DNA of 62,962 bases, filler included, from Rhabdomonas costata (GCA_019059605.1; 52 parts of 52 records of this genome joined end to end with filler, not necessarily neighbours in it); one strand, 5' to 3'. Positions 10,685 to 23,175 are shown, counted from the whole stretch's first letter. The notes: generated from the sequence alone by a model not told the origin. Numbers and translations are program-made.

Positions 10685-13343
10685 CTGAGGCAAGAACGGC
10701 ACCCCTGTCCACGCAATAGCGGTCGATATATGCTGCAAGCAGACCCCAAGATTCTCAACGCACTCGACGACAACCGTCGACGACACCGCAACAACAACAA
10801 GAAGAAAGAGACCTTGANNNNNNNNNNNNNNNNNNNNNNNNNNNNNNNNNNNNNNNNNNNNTTAATTAATTAANNNNNNNNNNNNNNNNNNNNNNNNNNN
10901 NNNNNNNNNNNNNNNNNGGTGTTGGTTACCTGACAGTATCCGTACCAGTGGTTTCCCTTTCCCATTTAATTTTTCTGTGGTTGTTTGTTTCACTGATGAA
11001 GATCCCTTTTGTTCTTTTTTCTCGCCTCGCGTGCGCTCTTGCGTGAACGAACGAACAACAACCACAGAAAAATTAAATGGGAAAGGGAAACCACTGGTAC
11101 GGATACTGTCAGGTAACCAAGTCGGCTCGAATCCATATCACGCTAACACCTTGGTCTCGATTAGGCAGTAGGCATTCGGCTGAAGACAACTCTGCCCACC
11201 CCAACTAGTCAACTGGTCTTCCCTAGTGGAACATGGGGGCAGCAGGTGCCGGTTGGGGACATAAGTTGCCTCGGCGCGTTTGGCGTTTGATTGGCCGGTG
11301 TCTCGTTCCGTGGCGAAGCTCTGGATGACGACTGGAAGGCCACTACGGCCATCACTCAAACCAAAACCGCACCACCATAAAAAAAGGAACCACGACTGGA
11401 GCTTATTAAACCCCACGGCAGGCACACCGCACACACCTCACAACCGAAGCCCACCCAAAATGCCAAGAAGTTGGCCACAATCGCCACCGGAGGAAACCAG
11501 AACCCCCACCCAGTCAACGGGGGAGCCTTCACAACAACCTTACGCACCGACCGCTTCGCCGCCATCCTCCAAGCAAAGCAGAGAAAGACAGATAGAAGGG
11601 CAGAAACACACTGCAGGTGCACCCACAACGAAAAAACTCAACAGAGCGGTGAGAAAATACCACACTCAGGCGGGTCCTTCTAAAGATGGGTCAATCTTGT
11701 CTGAGATGTCGGACATGGCAAATCGTGGTAATTAGCTGTAACAATGCTTCTAACTCAGTAATCAACCAATGGAAAAACGGAAAGTCGTGATGATTTTTAA
11801 CAACTCGCTGTGCGATTGCAGACCAGCAAGAATAAATAACTCACCTGTGATCCCCTGTGCACAGGCAAATGAATTTTTTTTGGAAAAGCAAAAGGTCAGG
11901 CGAGGGCAGAACAATTCTTTCACTTCATGTAGACGCGGCGAAAACATTCAGCGACGTTCTCAAGACATTCTTCACCTCAATCATTGTCAACGAAGCACAC
12001 ATACCACGATAAGTCTTGGTCCGGTAACATNNNNNNNNNNNNNNNNNNNNNNNNNNNNNNNNNNNNNNNNNNNNTTAATTAATTAANNNNNNNNNNNNNN
12101 NNNNNNNNNNNNNNNNNNNNNNNNNNNNNNAGCGGAAGTCAAGCTGTCTGCAACGTCCTCGCACTGTCCTCTCGCCAAGGACGGAACCTGACTGGCAGGG
12201 GCCTGATCTTCTGCAGCTGCACCAGTTCCCCTGTCAGGTGGCCCAAAACTTACCTCCTGTGTTCCACCTCTTGCCTACAGCTGTTGCCGATTTTCTGTGC
12301 AGAGTACTATATCCGCCACATTTTTGCTTGAACTGGAACCATTCGGGACTCTCTGTTCTCCTTTTTTTGTTGTCTCGTCCCTCTGTGGGATTTTGCTCGT
12401 ACATGCATCCACGACTGTTTTGTTTATTGTGATATTTCTTGGTTTGCGACCTTTTCCGCAACTTTCGTGGCATTTTCCGAAAAGTAAGTTAATGATTTGC
12501 TTGTATTGCCTTCATGTATGCAAAAAGTGAACGAGGAAGTGAAGAAAGTTCCCGAACCCAGAATACATCGAGGCATAAAAGCCCCGCTTTTCTGATGCTG
12601 GCGTGAAATGGGCTGTCACACACATTCGCTTTCGTTCGTGTTTTCTTGCAGTTTTTCCTGCTGGCAGATGCAGATTTTGCAGATACCACGTGACCGCGGA
12701 TCGCAAGCGGTGTGACTTTTAAGAAGTTCTGGGAGCTGTGTATAACTTTTGAATCCGAACGTAGTGCTGAGGCGTTTTCCCATTCCCGCCTGCGGTGGCA
12801 AGGTTCGCGGAGCTTCCTTTCTGGTCACCGGTTGCTCTTCTTGATTGGACGAAGGTGAACCGGTGCTTTCGTGAAGGATGCTACTTTTTCTGGGAGGGCG
12901 TTCCTTCATTTGTCCAGAGGGCAGAGTCGCCAGAACTGCTCAAAAGCTAATGAAGCACAACCCGAAGCGTGCCATAAAAAATATGAACTCCGTCTTATCT
13001 CAAAACGACACATCACATGAAGCAAAACGTTTTCCAGGTAAAATTTTCAGTTGCCGATGTGAGCACAAAACACATGCTAAAGTCGCTTGGGGTCTAATGT
13101 AGCCCCCATGCACCTCAAGCACCTTGCACTTGCACATGCAGAGGGGCGCGGGGTTGGAACGCATCATGAAATACGAACTTTGCTCTGCTGGAGGGATGGG
13201 TTTCGCAGATTCTCAATATCTCTCTCAGACTGCCCCAAAACCCNNNNNNNNNNNNNNNNNNNNNNNNNNNNNNNNNNNNNNNNNNNNTTAATTAATTAAN
13301 NNNNNNNNNNNNNNNNNNNNNNNNNNNNNNNNNNNNNNNNNNN

Positions 13344-14456
13344 AGGCACGAGCCACAAGGCGACCGCGCTGGTCGGGTAACGGTCGAACCTCCCCTCTGT
13401 GTTTTCTATCGAGGCAAGAATTCAAGCCAAGAATGTTTGTTTTCGGCCGGGCGCCCCCGTTGTAAAAGCAGGTGCACTCTCTGGGCGTGCCTGTTTTTCT
13501 ATGCTTCGTCTTTCCGGCTTTTGTTTGTGCTCCCCTTGCGTTGCCGTGGTGGGCTTTGGTCTTTTCTCGCCGCCCGCGCTTTGGCGTGCGACTTACGGCT
13601 TCCTTCCTTTTTTGCCCCCGCCAGGTGCTTCCTTTTTTGCCCTTCCCTGCGCCTCCGGCCGCCTGTTTCCTTCGTTTCCCTGCGCTCTCCTGGAAGTTTT
13701 CCTCTCTTAGATTGGGGTTTCCCCATCCCTTTTGGCGTTTGACCGCGTGTTTAACTTCCTCCACGTTTTGCCGTGCTACACCAGAAACACGCGAACACAA
13801 TGCCAGGCTTGTCTTATAGCGCCATCATTCTTAGGGGCTCCTCGCACCTTTGGGTTACCGCGTGATACTCCCCGGGATGCGCCGCGCAAAGAAAACGGAT
13901 AGAAGGGCGATCCAAAATCTCGGCCACCAAGTGAAAATTGCGATCTCCAAGGTGGACGGTTTGAAGAGGATAGCGGGAAAAGCATCCCTGCCCCTGTTCC
14001 CCGCACGGGAATGGCCAAATGTGACCGCCCGAAGGCCGCCCGGCTGATCAACGATCCGATCCGTGCGTTTTCGCTAGTTCTTTCAGGACCGAATGACGTC
14101 AGCTAAGCGCTCGATCGTGCACTTTTCTTGGTTGTTGGGACCTTTCGTCGAAAGCGTGGACCCTTAAAAATGAAGACGTTGGCGTTTTACTTTATTTCTA
14201 TTATTTTTCAGGGCGTTGTTTCTAAATTGGTTTGCTTCTGATCATTTCTGCGTGCTTTTTTGGTCTTTTTGCGCGCGCAAACATGAAAAGGGGTCCAATG
14301 GCTACCCTTCGCACGGCCACCGCCCGCCGAGGCACGAGCCACAAGGCGACCGCGCTGGTCGGGTAACGGTCGAACCTCCCCTCTGTGTTTTCTATCGAGG
14401 CAAGAATTCAAGCCAAGAATATTTGTTTTCGGCCGGGCGCCCCCGTTGTAAAAGCA
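13344..14456. repeat. Collapsed tandem repeat or circular unit of 986 bp
   Basis: The first 127 nt (13344-13470) equal the last 127 nt (14330-14456) with one mismatch (13435 G vs 14421 A). Confidence 0.9.
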
Positions 14457-17039
14457 NNNNNNNNNNNNNNNNNNNNNNNNNNNNNNNNNNNNNNNNNNNN
14501 TTAATTAATTAANNNNNNNNNNNNNNNNNNNNNNNNNNNNNNNNNNNNNNNNNNNNCAAAATCACTCACTATGGCACAACGGCACCTGCGTTGCAACAGA
14601 GTTGCATGAAAACAAGGACACGTTGCAATAGTGGTGAACAAAAAACACCTGAAATTGCATGACCACCTCAACGGCCATGCCTCACAGGAGCCAAATGTCG
14701 TGCAACATCATTTACATCCATTTTTTTTGCGATTCTTTTTCCCGATTTTTTGTTATCTCTTACGAGAACCGTGGATTCCATGTTTCGTTTGCATTTCTTT
14801 TCCGATTGTTTTTACGATCGATAAAAGGTAGCTAACCCTGTTATAAGGGGGTCATCAAAGTGCACTCTGAACCTCACCAATCTAATTCGCAACTCTCGGC
14901 TTCTTCACGTCCAATCTTCCCAACATCCAGACTCAAGATCATCGGGCAGGGGTGCTTTATACAAGCCGTGACCGCAGAGATACAGAAGAAACAAGGTCGA
15001 AACCATTTCAACATGGATGGCAAGTACTCCGTCATTTCTGGGATCCGTCCAACTGCACGGTCAAAGCGTCCCTACGGGACCAAAATCAAACCATTGTAGG
15101 TACAGAAGACCAGCAAAGAACAGAGAAGCATTAAAAACGTGTCATTTCCATCATTCGCCGACTCCTTAGCGGAGAAACACCGGTCTTGCAACACATAGTA
15201 CAAAGCTTAGGAGTGGTCAAGAGTAGTTGCGGTACCGAGCACGCGACCTTCTCTTTCGCTTGCTGTCAGCGCTTTACTGGCATGGTATCAGGTAGTAAAC
15301 CTGTGCATCTTTTGTCGCCTTAAATTTTGTATCTTGGAAGCAGTAGCAGAGCCAATAAGGGCTGGCAGCACTGAAATCCAATTGGATGGATTGGGACAGG
15401 ATATCACCGACACCAGCGTCGACCTGAGCAGGCTCCTCCCCATTTTGACACCACCTTCCCATTTGATATTTTTTGAGCTTCTCTTTCTCTGGGTTATTTA
15501 TAGGGAAAAAATTGTTTAAGTACATTTGAATAGATATATGCCTCAAAAATATTGGGTACAGCAGGCCATGGAAAATAGGGACGTTAGCATGGCCTGCTGT
15601 ACCCAATATTTTTGAGGCATATATCTATTCAAATGTACTTAAACAATTTTTTCCCTATAAACAACCCACNNNNNNNNNNNNNNNNNNNNNNNNNNNNNNN
15701 NNNNNNNNNNNNNTTAATTAATTAANNNNNNNNNNNNNNNNNNNNNNNNNNNNNNNNNNNNNNNNNNNNTTTTTGTGCCATTATGAAATAATCTTGTGAG
15801 GGGTGTGTGGTGTGGTTGTGGTAAGTTTTGGGATGGTGGCGGTTTTTGTTATTCAACCCGTATCCTGCGCGCAAATAGGTTAAATCAACTCTGAAACATC
15901 CTTACTTCTACAGAGGCCAACATGACCAATGCATTTTGGTTTCTGACCTCACACGGTTTGTGTTAGTCCTTTCAGAATGCCCCCACTGGCGAACCTCCTA
16001 TCATTGCAAGCTAGTGATTTGACTTGTGGTGAATGTAAGAAGGTGTGGTTTTTCCTGTGCACAGAGAGAGACCTTGCCCATGGACGCGGGTATTCACTAA
16101 GTGTGCGCCTTCGTTGGAACTTTCTATAGAATTATGCTCTTAAGTTGTTTCGTTTTTTCGAACGACCTCACGCCGCACACACATGCGGGCCGTTTACAAC
16201 GTTCCAGTGCGGCCGCACGAGGGGTGACACCCCCTCATCTCTCCCCATTCCGCTGATTTCATCGCTTCAGAAAAGTCGGTGCCAATAGGGTTGCTTTCTT
16301 GATCCTTGCTTCTTTTTTGGAACAGCCCCTGTTGGGCAGGTCGGGCTGTCACCCGGCCTCTGTGGGCAGCGCACTGGTTTCTTTCAACCTTTGCGTTGCA
16401 GGCGTAGTTTGTTGATTTTCTGTTGACTTCCTAAAACAAAAATAGAAAAGTTTTTGGATCTATCCTTTCTGCCTCGTTGCCAAAAGGAAACATTAACTCA
16501 CAGCACATGGACGACGAAGAACCCGAAGCGGAGACTGGGCAGAGGAATGGAGATAACGAGTCGAGTGCGTGAGAGATGAAGGTATTTTCTCCTAAGGCAA
16601 ACGCCTTGCTTCAGAACGCCCCCAACCAAGAGGCTTCGGAAACTGACCCGGTGGCGCGGAGCAGGGCATCCTTGTGGCGGCCCCGACGGATCAGAGGGGC
16701 CGGGTGGGACACGAGTGTTGTACCGAACTGCTTCAAATTTGCACAAACTTTTTGGTGAGTTTTGCTGACTTTGGCTTCACCAAGTCCGCAGAGCGTCTGG
16801 CGACTGGACATGTGCCTGTGTCCTCAACTTTGCCTCTGGGCTGCAGGGTAAAAAATATAAAATGAGAGACCCCCCACACAANNNNNNNNNNNNNNNNNNN
16901 NNNNNNNNNNNNNNNNNNNNNNNNNTTAATTAATTAANNNNNNNNNNNNNNNNNNNNNNNNNNNNNNNNNNNNNNNNNNNNTGTGGTGGGTGTGTGTGGT
17001 GTTGTGTGTCCCTTGTCGACGCCCTGGTGAATATTGAAT

Positions 17040-17390
17040 ATTGCGGAAGCCGCGGGTTTTGTTTATCGGCGCATCCAAACGCTATAAGCCCGAGGGATGA
17101 AGTTGGTGCTGATAAGAGACTCGAAAATGGGCAAATGGTATAAATTGATCAGCCAGCTGCCCTTAACTTTGGCCTGGAAGCTTCGGACCAGCGTAATCTT
17201 CGTTCTCCGAAGAAGAAGAAGGCAACTGGCTTACGGGCACTCGTTGAGGAGGACGGGGTTCTGATATTCACACCTTCTGAGTCGCAGGCCCTTCATGGGT
17301 TCCTCTGCGCCGTTCCGTTTTGGAACGTTGAAGTTGTGGCGGCTGTGGTGATGCTCTTAACTGCTTTCGGGATCAGGCCGTCAACAACGC
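17040..17390 (+). mobile_element. Possible decayed tyrosine recombinase of a DIRS/Ngaro-like element
   Basis: Across frames: LIRDSKMG (cf. IxxSKTD), DIHTF*VAGPSW (HxxR box with TGA in place of CGA) and TLKLWRLW (cf. IKxxGRWxS), in the expected order. Confidence 0.35.
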
Positions 17391-18252
17391 TTCTGTGGTC
17401 TTGCTAGCACAATCGCCTGCGCGACGCTCTCGCCGACAAGTAACGAATGGAAGCCGGTAGAGGTCCCCGTGCCTATGCCTATGTGGCGGATGTCTCTGTG
17501 GGCGATGCTCTGCAATTACATTCTCTCTCACTGTAGTTGGCTTCAGGGCCCGGTCCCACAGCAACTCCTGCTCCTGGTCGCCCACCCCCCGCGGGCGCTT
17601 CATCCAGCGGGACTGCCGCACCTTCTACGTCTCAAACTCGGGACGGCAGTTCGACACCGCCGCCCCACCTCGCTGTGTTTGTCGCCGCTGCCAGCAGTTT
17701 CACTGGTCGTGGATACCCTGTCCGACACAACGTGGACCCTTCCCGGGTCAACAATACTGTCAAAACTCTCCACTGGGGGCTCTACTCCGGCCTACGGCCC
17801 CCCGCAGCGCTGAGCAGCCCAGGCCGGTCGCCAACAAAGCTATGGAACTGCCCTCCACTGTTTCTTCGTTGTCCCCACCCACCTCCCTCACTTGAGGATT
17901 CGGCCCTCTTGCTGGTCTTACCTATGCGCGAAACCTGTTCCGCTCACATTCCTCACAGACTTCACCCACCTTCAAACACTCATCCTGTCTGCACGAGCAC
18001 CAAAGCGTTGGACAAGTTTCTCTCGTGGTTTTCTGCAAATGACGCATCCCACCCACCCTCACAATCCATTATTGACACAACAGACACAACACCCNNNNNN
18101 NNNNNNNNNNNNNNNNNNNNNNNNNNNNNNNNNNNNNNTTAATTAATTAANNNNNNNNNNNNNNNNNNNNNNNNNNNNNNNNNNNNNNNNNNNNGTGGGT
18201 GGTTACTTTGCGAGTTTCAGTTTTAAGATAAATTGGGCAAAAACTGAAACAG

Positions 18253-18672
18253 TTGGAGATGCCTCTTCCGGCCTCTGTGGAGGGGCTGTCGGACCGTGAG
18301 CCGGAGCTGGCGAGCTACCTGGCACGGTCCCGGGTGCGGCCCGCGGACCGCCTGGTGGCCTCGGTGTGGGTGCAGGACACGCTGTACTTCTGGAACAGCA
18401 GCCGGGAGGACTGCGTGAAGAAGCTGCGATTACTGCCGTTAAGGGCACCGGGGTCTGGGCTGGAGGTCGCCGTGGTGGAGGGAGTGCTGGCGGGAATGCT
18501 CACCCTGCCCCAGCCCCCGTTTGCCACCGTGTACTACGCCACCGTGCTGGTGGAGCTGTGCAAGCTGGATTTCCGGTACCCCGCCGTGGTGGCGGAGGCC
18601 ATGGAGGTGCTGTTCGAGCGCGTGCATGAGATGGACAACGAGGCCGTGGGGAGGCTGGTGGGGCTGTTCGAG
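18253..18672 (+). CDS. NCBP1: Nuclear cap-binding protein subunit 1 (CBP80), internal exon
   Basis: DRL...VVEGVLAGMLTLPQPPFATVYYATVLVELCKL...PAVVAEAMEVLFERVHEMD parallels the CBP80 middle MIF4G-like domain (IVEVIF.ELF.LP.PP...VMY.TLLIELCKL...PQVLAQA.EMLY.RLD.M). Donor GAG|GT at 18673. Confidence 0.85.
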
Positions 18673-18917
18673 GTCGTCGCCGTCCCCATCTCCTTTTCCG
18701 CTGAATCTCGGGGCATTTGCATCTTCAGTACCCCCACCACCGCACCATCAACTGTGCATGTTCCTCTCCTCGCCGCTTCTCCTTTGGACTGCTTCGACCA
18801 CGTCAACGTTTCCCATACGTTTTGCACCCCAGAATTTTGGTTTGTGTATTATAGGGCTCTGCGCTGAGATATTTTTTTTTGCACTAACACACACACACAC
18901 ACACTCACTCACTCAAA

Positions 18918-19270
18918 GGCAATCTCGAGGTACCGGAGGCTCAGCGGAAGAGGGCAGGGATAGCCCGCAACGCAACTATAGATGTGCTGGCACGGCGACG
19001 CCTGTAGATACGGGTCCTGGCCGTTTACCCATCCGAAAGAAAAGCTCCAAGGGTCGTTCCCACGAGAAAAGGCCCCAGCCCCCCAAGGAAGGAGTGTGGA
19101 GTCGCAGAGATCTGAGCAGCAATGGAGCAATGCAGGTAGCCGCTGGAAAAGAGCAGCTGCGGGACAATGGCCCGGGACCCGTGAGGTAGAAGGGAGGTTA
19201 CCAGATGTGGAACGTTCGGCGGTGAGCCGGTTCCGGTTCCCCACGGCAAACCGCCAACAGCGCGTGCGCC
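18918..19270 (+). repeat. Dispersed repeat family A, copy 1 (downstream of the NCBP1 exon)
   Basis: Colinear with 38045-38429 and with the reverse complement of 30331-30626, e.g. shared GAAAAGGCCCCAGC and GGAAAAGAGCAGCTGCG..ACAATGGCCCGGGACCCGTG. Preceded by a (CA)n/(CACT)n tract. Confidence 0.93.
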
Positions 19271-19743
19271 TGTCAGCCCACAGTGGTCGCCAACACACCC
19301 CCAACCCNNNNNNNNNNNNNNNNNNNNNNNNNNNNNNNNNNNNNNNNNNNNTTAATTAATTAANNNNNNNNNNNNNNNNNNNNNNNNNNNNNNNNNNNNN
19401 NNNNNNNCAGCGCGACCTCCCTCCACTCCGCAATCTCCTCCGGTGAGTGCACCCCATCCTTCCCTCGCAGAGCAGCGTTGAGCTGAGGATAGACCACAAC
19501 AAGAACGAAGAAGGAAAGAATCTATAGGGACGCCCCGTTTGCATGCACGCACGCACGCACAGCCACCTATATATCGGTGTGTGTGTGCCTAGCTCTCAAT
19601 GGCAGTGATCCTCCTTTTTCCTTCCCAAGGGACTACATGTGCAGGCCTCGCCTCCATCCACATTCTGCTTCACCCTTCTTTGACTTTCCTTTCTTTCTCA
19701 TTATACTTTTCCTCCATTACAGAAACACAAGCATTTCGCGCAC

Positions 19744-20500
19744 CCTCCGATAGATTTCACTCTCCAGCGTATAAGCGTGGAGCACTCCGATCATGTCATC
19801 GGTGAGGCTCAGCTCCTTCACCTCTGTGGGGTGCTCGCGACGGAACTTCCGCACGAACCTCCGGACCTTCGCCTGAATCAGTGTCATTGTGGGGTGGGCC
19901 TGGCCCACGGTGGGGTAGAACCCCCGCAGCCACTCCGTGAAGTCCACCACGTTGGCCTCCCGCACGGCCTTTGGGAAGGGCTCGGGCTTGCTTGCGGCCG
20001 GGGTATCAGGGCTGGGGGAGGCTTCACTTCCCGTGGTGATGGCAGTGCTCATGTCGGTGGTGCTCTCCGCAGCGAGGGCTTTGCCTGTGTGCCACGTCCA
20101 TAAAAAAAAGACCAGAAACAACCCTAGACATTCACGTCAAAACCCACACCAAGACGCCAGAGGTCAAGAATGCAGCGAGTACGATTGGGTGGGACTGCGA
20201 GGAGGTAGTTGCGCGCACAGATCTTTGAATGTCTGTTCCGCGGTTCCATTACTGATCCCAAATTAAATGAAATCCCCTTGTCAGATTGTAATGTGTTGAC
20301 GTCAAGCAGCAAATCTCAAATGTGCCGATGATGCATTCATACAACAAAAGAGAACCTCTCCCCCCGCTCGCACACCTGCAGCAATCTTCGCGGCAAGGGC
20401 CTTGCGATGGATCTCCTCGATCTCACGACGGGCTCTCTCCTGGCCTCCGCCGTGGCCATACCGTGGCACTCCAGGAAGTGCTTGTATAGGGAATGGGGAA
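19744..20500 (-). CDS. Probable mono-ADP-ribosyltransferase-domain protein, two exons (~20500-20376, 20084-19744)
   Basis: Phase-1 GT-AG join. The second exon ends LTDDMIGVLHAYTLESEIYRR, resembling the AxxxYTxExxLYxxLN helix at the start of arginine-specific ART (ARTC-like) domains. The catalytic R-S-E part is not on the contig. Confidence 0.55.
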
Positions 20501-20710
20501 GGTTCCGCTGCCCACACAAANNNNNNNNNNNNNNNNNNNNNNNNNNNNNNNNNNNNNNNNNNNNTTAATTAATTAANNNNNNNNNNNNNNNNNNNNNNNN
20601 NNNNNNNNNNNNNNNNNNNNTCGTACGAGTCAGGTTGGTATAAGACCGCCTGAGGCAGGGAGCCGGACACGCAAGGCGTTGGTCGCATTGTTTGGTATAA
20701 GGCGGGGAGG

Positions 20711-20712
<2 letters not shown>

Positions 20713-20748
<36 letters not shown>
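20713..20748 (+). repeat. (GA)n microsatellite
   Basis: Perfect GA dinucleotide run. Confidence 0.95.
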
Positions 20749-20751
<3 letters not shown>

Positions 20752-20882
20752 CCTGCTTGTAAAGAGTGTGTTTGTTGTGTCCCTGGCTCGAATCATCGGG
20801 CAGAGCAGAAATAGTCTTTCGTCGCACCCTGTGTGTGATTGATTCGAGCTTGAATGGCGTCGTATTGATTGATTGAGCAGAA

Positions 20883-21600
20883 GTGATGTCAGGAGAAGGC
20901 GCCCCACCAGCGCAAAGCATGGAGCAGACATTTCAATCCTTCATGATTCACTCAGCGTCGCTGTTTCGACAGCTTGAAGAGCAGCAGAGGGCGACACAGC
21001 AGTTGGCGGACATTCTGGTTCATAGATTAAGAGTAACGGGTGGACTTCCAAGTGGTGAAGAGGGCCCAGGAGCCGGAAGAGCAGCAGTACCCGTGACAGT
21101 TGTGCCAAATCACGCTGAGTCAGTGAGTGGAGCGCTTCGTAAACTGCAGGAAAAGGACCCCGAGTTTCCCAGATACGACGGAAACGCAGCTAATTTCCTC
21201 CCTTGGTTGGTGGCGGTGGAGGAGCTGAAGTACTTTTCGTAGGGTCCCAGATCAAATTGCCATTGTGTATGCAACGGGAGCGCTCAGTTCGTTCGCAAGG
21301 AGAATTATCGCTCCAGAGCAGACTTTTGCAGATTGTGCGAATTTTACTAAAACTTTGCGGAAGCTGTTTTTCCCTTCGACGTGGGACTACAATGTGGTTT
21401 GGAGGTTGGAGAACTTGCGAATGAAGAATGGGTATTTCCAAGATTATCGCCAGAAGTTTGTGACTGGTTTAGGACTTTTGAAGGGTACGAGATTTGACGG
21501 TGACGCGCAGCTGCAGTACTTGTTTGTGAGGGGATTGGAGTGGTACATCCAGGCAAAGGTGATGGCGGATGATCCGCAATTGAAAAAGCCTGGGATTATT
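20883..21600 (+). mobile_element. Ty3/Gypsy-type Gag (capsid) pseudogene
   Basis: PEFPRYDGNAANFLPWLVAVEE, then after a frameshift near 21240 ...LENLRMKNGYFQDYRQKF...LFVRGLEWYIQAKV (L..L.Q...V..Y...F and F..GL...I motifs of Retrotrans_gag). No introns. Confidence 0.85.
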
Positions 21601-22038
21601 ATCGCAAGCCGAGACCCCGCCCCAAGTGATTGTAGCAGTGCCAGAAGAGTCGCTGAAAAAGTCCGTCGCAGCTGAGGGAACAGGAATGGAGTTTGATACA
21701 ATGAGGTATGGTTATACTCCATTCTCATGAAGCANNNNNNNNNNNNNNNNNNNNNNNNNNNNNNNNNNNNNNNNNNNNTTAATTAATTAANNNNNNNNNN
21801 NNNNNNNNNNNNNNNNNNNNNNNNNNNNNNNNNNGTGGTTTTGGTACTGTTTAACCGGGATGTATCAAAATAACATCGCAGAGCACCCTTTCATTTAGAA
21901 AGAGAACAGACGGGTTCCTTCAAGACGGGCTTTATGGCAGAAGGGACACCAGAGAGCAGCCTCTGGGCTCGTAAGGTCAAAGCGTTGAACAGTGCGAATG
22001 TGTTGGGGACGGGAAGAGAAAGGTAAGGTGAAGCTCAC

Positions 22039-22736
22039 CGATCTCCTGTTTGCTGGCAGGAGCCGCAGCCGCAGGCAGCTTCCACGTGACCTCCGGGGCT
22101 GGGGCCTTCTGGAAGGCGTCCCCGGAGCACAGCGCCTCCACGAAGGTGACCAGGTCCAGAGTGACTCCCTCGCGGAGATCCCCACTATTTGTTTTTGAAC
22201 CCAGCCTCCACCTTGAAGTTTGCTGGGTCATTCGATGTGCGGGTTTCTTTTGGCGGGAGGAGTATTAATAGGGATGCAATTACGAGGTTCTGGCAATGGA
22301 GACTTGAGGATTTTCTGCCAGTATTTACCCCGAAATGACTGCCACAAAAGAAAGAAAAAGAGCGTGTCAAAAGAATAAACGTACTGGGTTCACATGGCAG
22401 TGCGACGATTGCAACACCGACAATGACAAAAGTCCCCACCCATGTAGCTGTCTTCTTCCGAACCACATAATTCCGTAAAGAAGAAGAGATTTTTTGCACC
22501 TGGGTCGCATGGATGAAAGAAGGCAACCAAAGAGGGGAACGGAATGTGTTGTGCAGCAATTCGTACCCCACGAAGTAGTTGAACACCAGCTCGATCTCGT
22601 AAAGTGAAAGTCGATCAAAGCACAGGGCGTTCAGGGCCTTGGTGAAGGCCAGGAGGTCCAGCCGACCCTTGTTGCCCTCGTCCCATGGCTGGAACATCCT
22701 GAGGACCTTGTCCTGACGATGGGTGAAGAGATAGCG
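22039..22736 (-). CDS. EF-hand-like protein, two exons (22736-22567, 22184-22039)
   Basis: MFQPWDEGNKGRLDLLAFTKAL is an EF-hand loop. A phase-2 GT-AG join gives EIELVFNYFVGGDLREGVTLDLVTFVEALC, a degenerate second hand. Confidence 0.7.
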
Positions 22737-23175
22737 CTGAATACCAGCTACTGATGACTCATTCCTCGCTGGTCCCTTGTCTTCCAGTCTTCGTGCATGC
22801 GTGTGGCACGTGTGTGGGCTTGAGGGCGCCCGCGCAGAAGGTGGTCAAGACAGCTTGAAGGTTAGCAACTTTACCAAGCAGATTCGCCATTCTGTGACGA
22901 ATGCTCTTCCCTCGCCTCCGAATTACCCAGCCCTTCTCCACACAACCNNNNNNNNNNNNNNNNNNNNNNNNNNNNNNNNNNNNNNNNNNNNTTAATTAAT
23001 TAANNNNNNNNNNNNNNNNNNNNNNNNNNNNNNNNNNNNNNNNNNNNAAGAAAACCATCTGTTCCACAAATCACTTGGTTGCTGTTTAGGTGAACCCCGC
23101 TCGCCCTTCTGCAAAATGGAACGCGTGACAACCAACAAGCCGAGCCGTGCTGGGTCAAAAGACGGAAAAAAATAG

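Noticed and set aside
10922..11120. 64-bp perfect inverted repeat around a 71-nt spacer (MITE-like)
   Set aside because: It starts at the contig edge, no TSD can be assessed, and an imperfect inner stem could have primed a template switch. It is probably the same artefact class, though a real MITE is not excluded. CTGATGA in the loop lacks a correctly placed GAAA, so it is not a hammerhead.
14189..14235. ACTTTATTTCTATTATTTTTCAG resembling a euglenid spliced-leader exon within the 986-bp unit
   Set aside because: The similarity is only low-complexity, it is followed by GG and not a GT donor, and no linked 5S rRNA was recognised. Comparison with mRNA 5' ends would settle it.
15497..15661. Perfect 74-bp inverted repeat with a 17-nt loop
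   Set aside because: The second arm runs to the contig end and is a perfect copy, typical of a fold-back (template-switch) chimeric read. Independent spanning reads would be needed to accept it as a MITE.
18909..19359. ORFs overlapping repeat family A that recur in three places
   Set aside because: Copies differ by indels that are not multiples of three and no protein motif is evident. The shared peptides simply reflect the DNA repeat.
1379..20500. ART plus ARH as a toxin-antitoxin-like or operon-like module
   Set aside because: The two genes are on different, length-sorted contigs, so co-occurrence in the window carries no linkage information.
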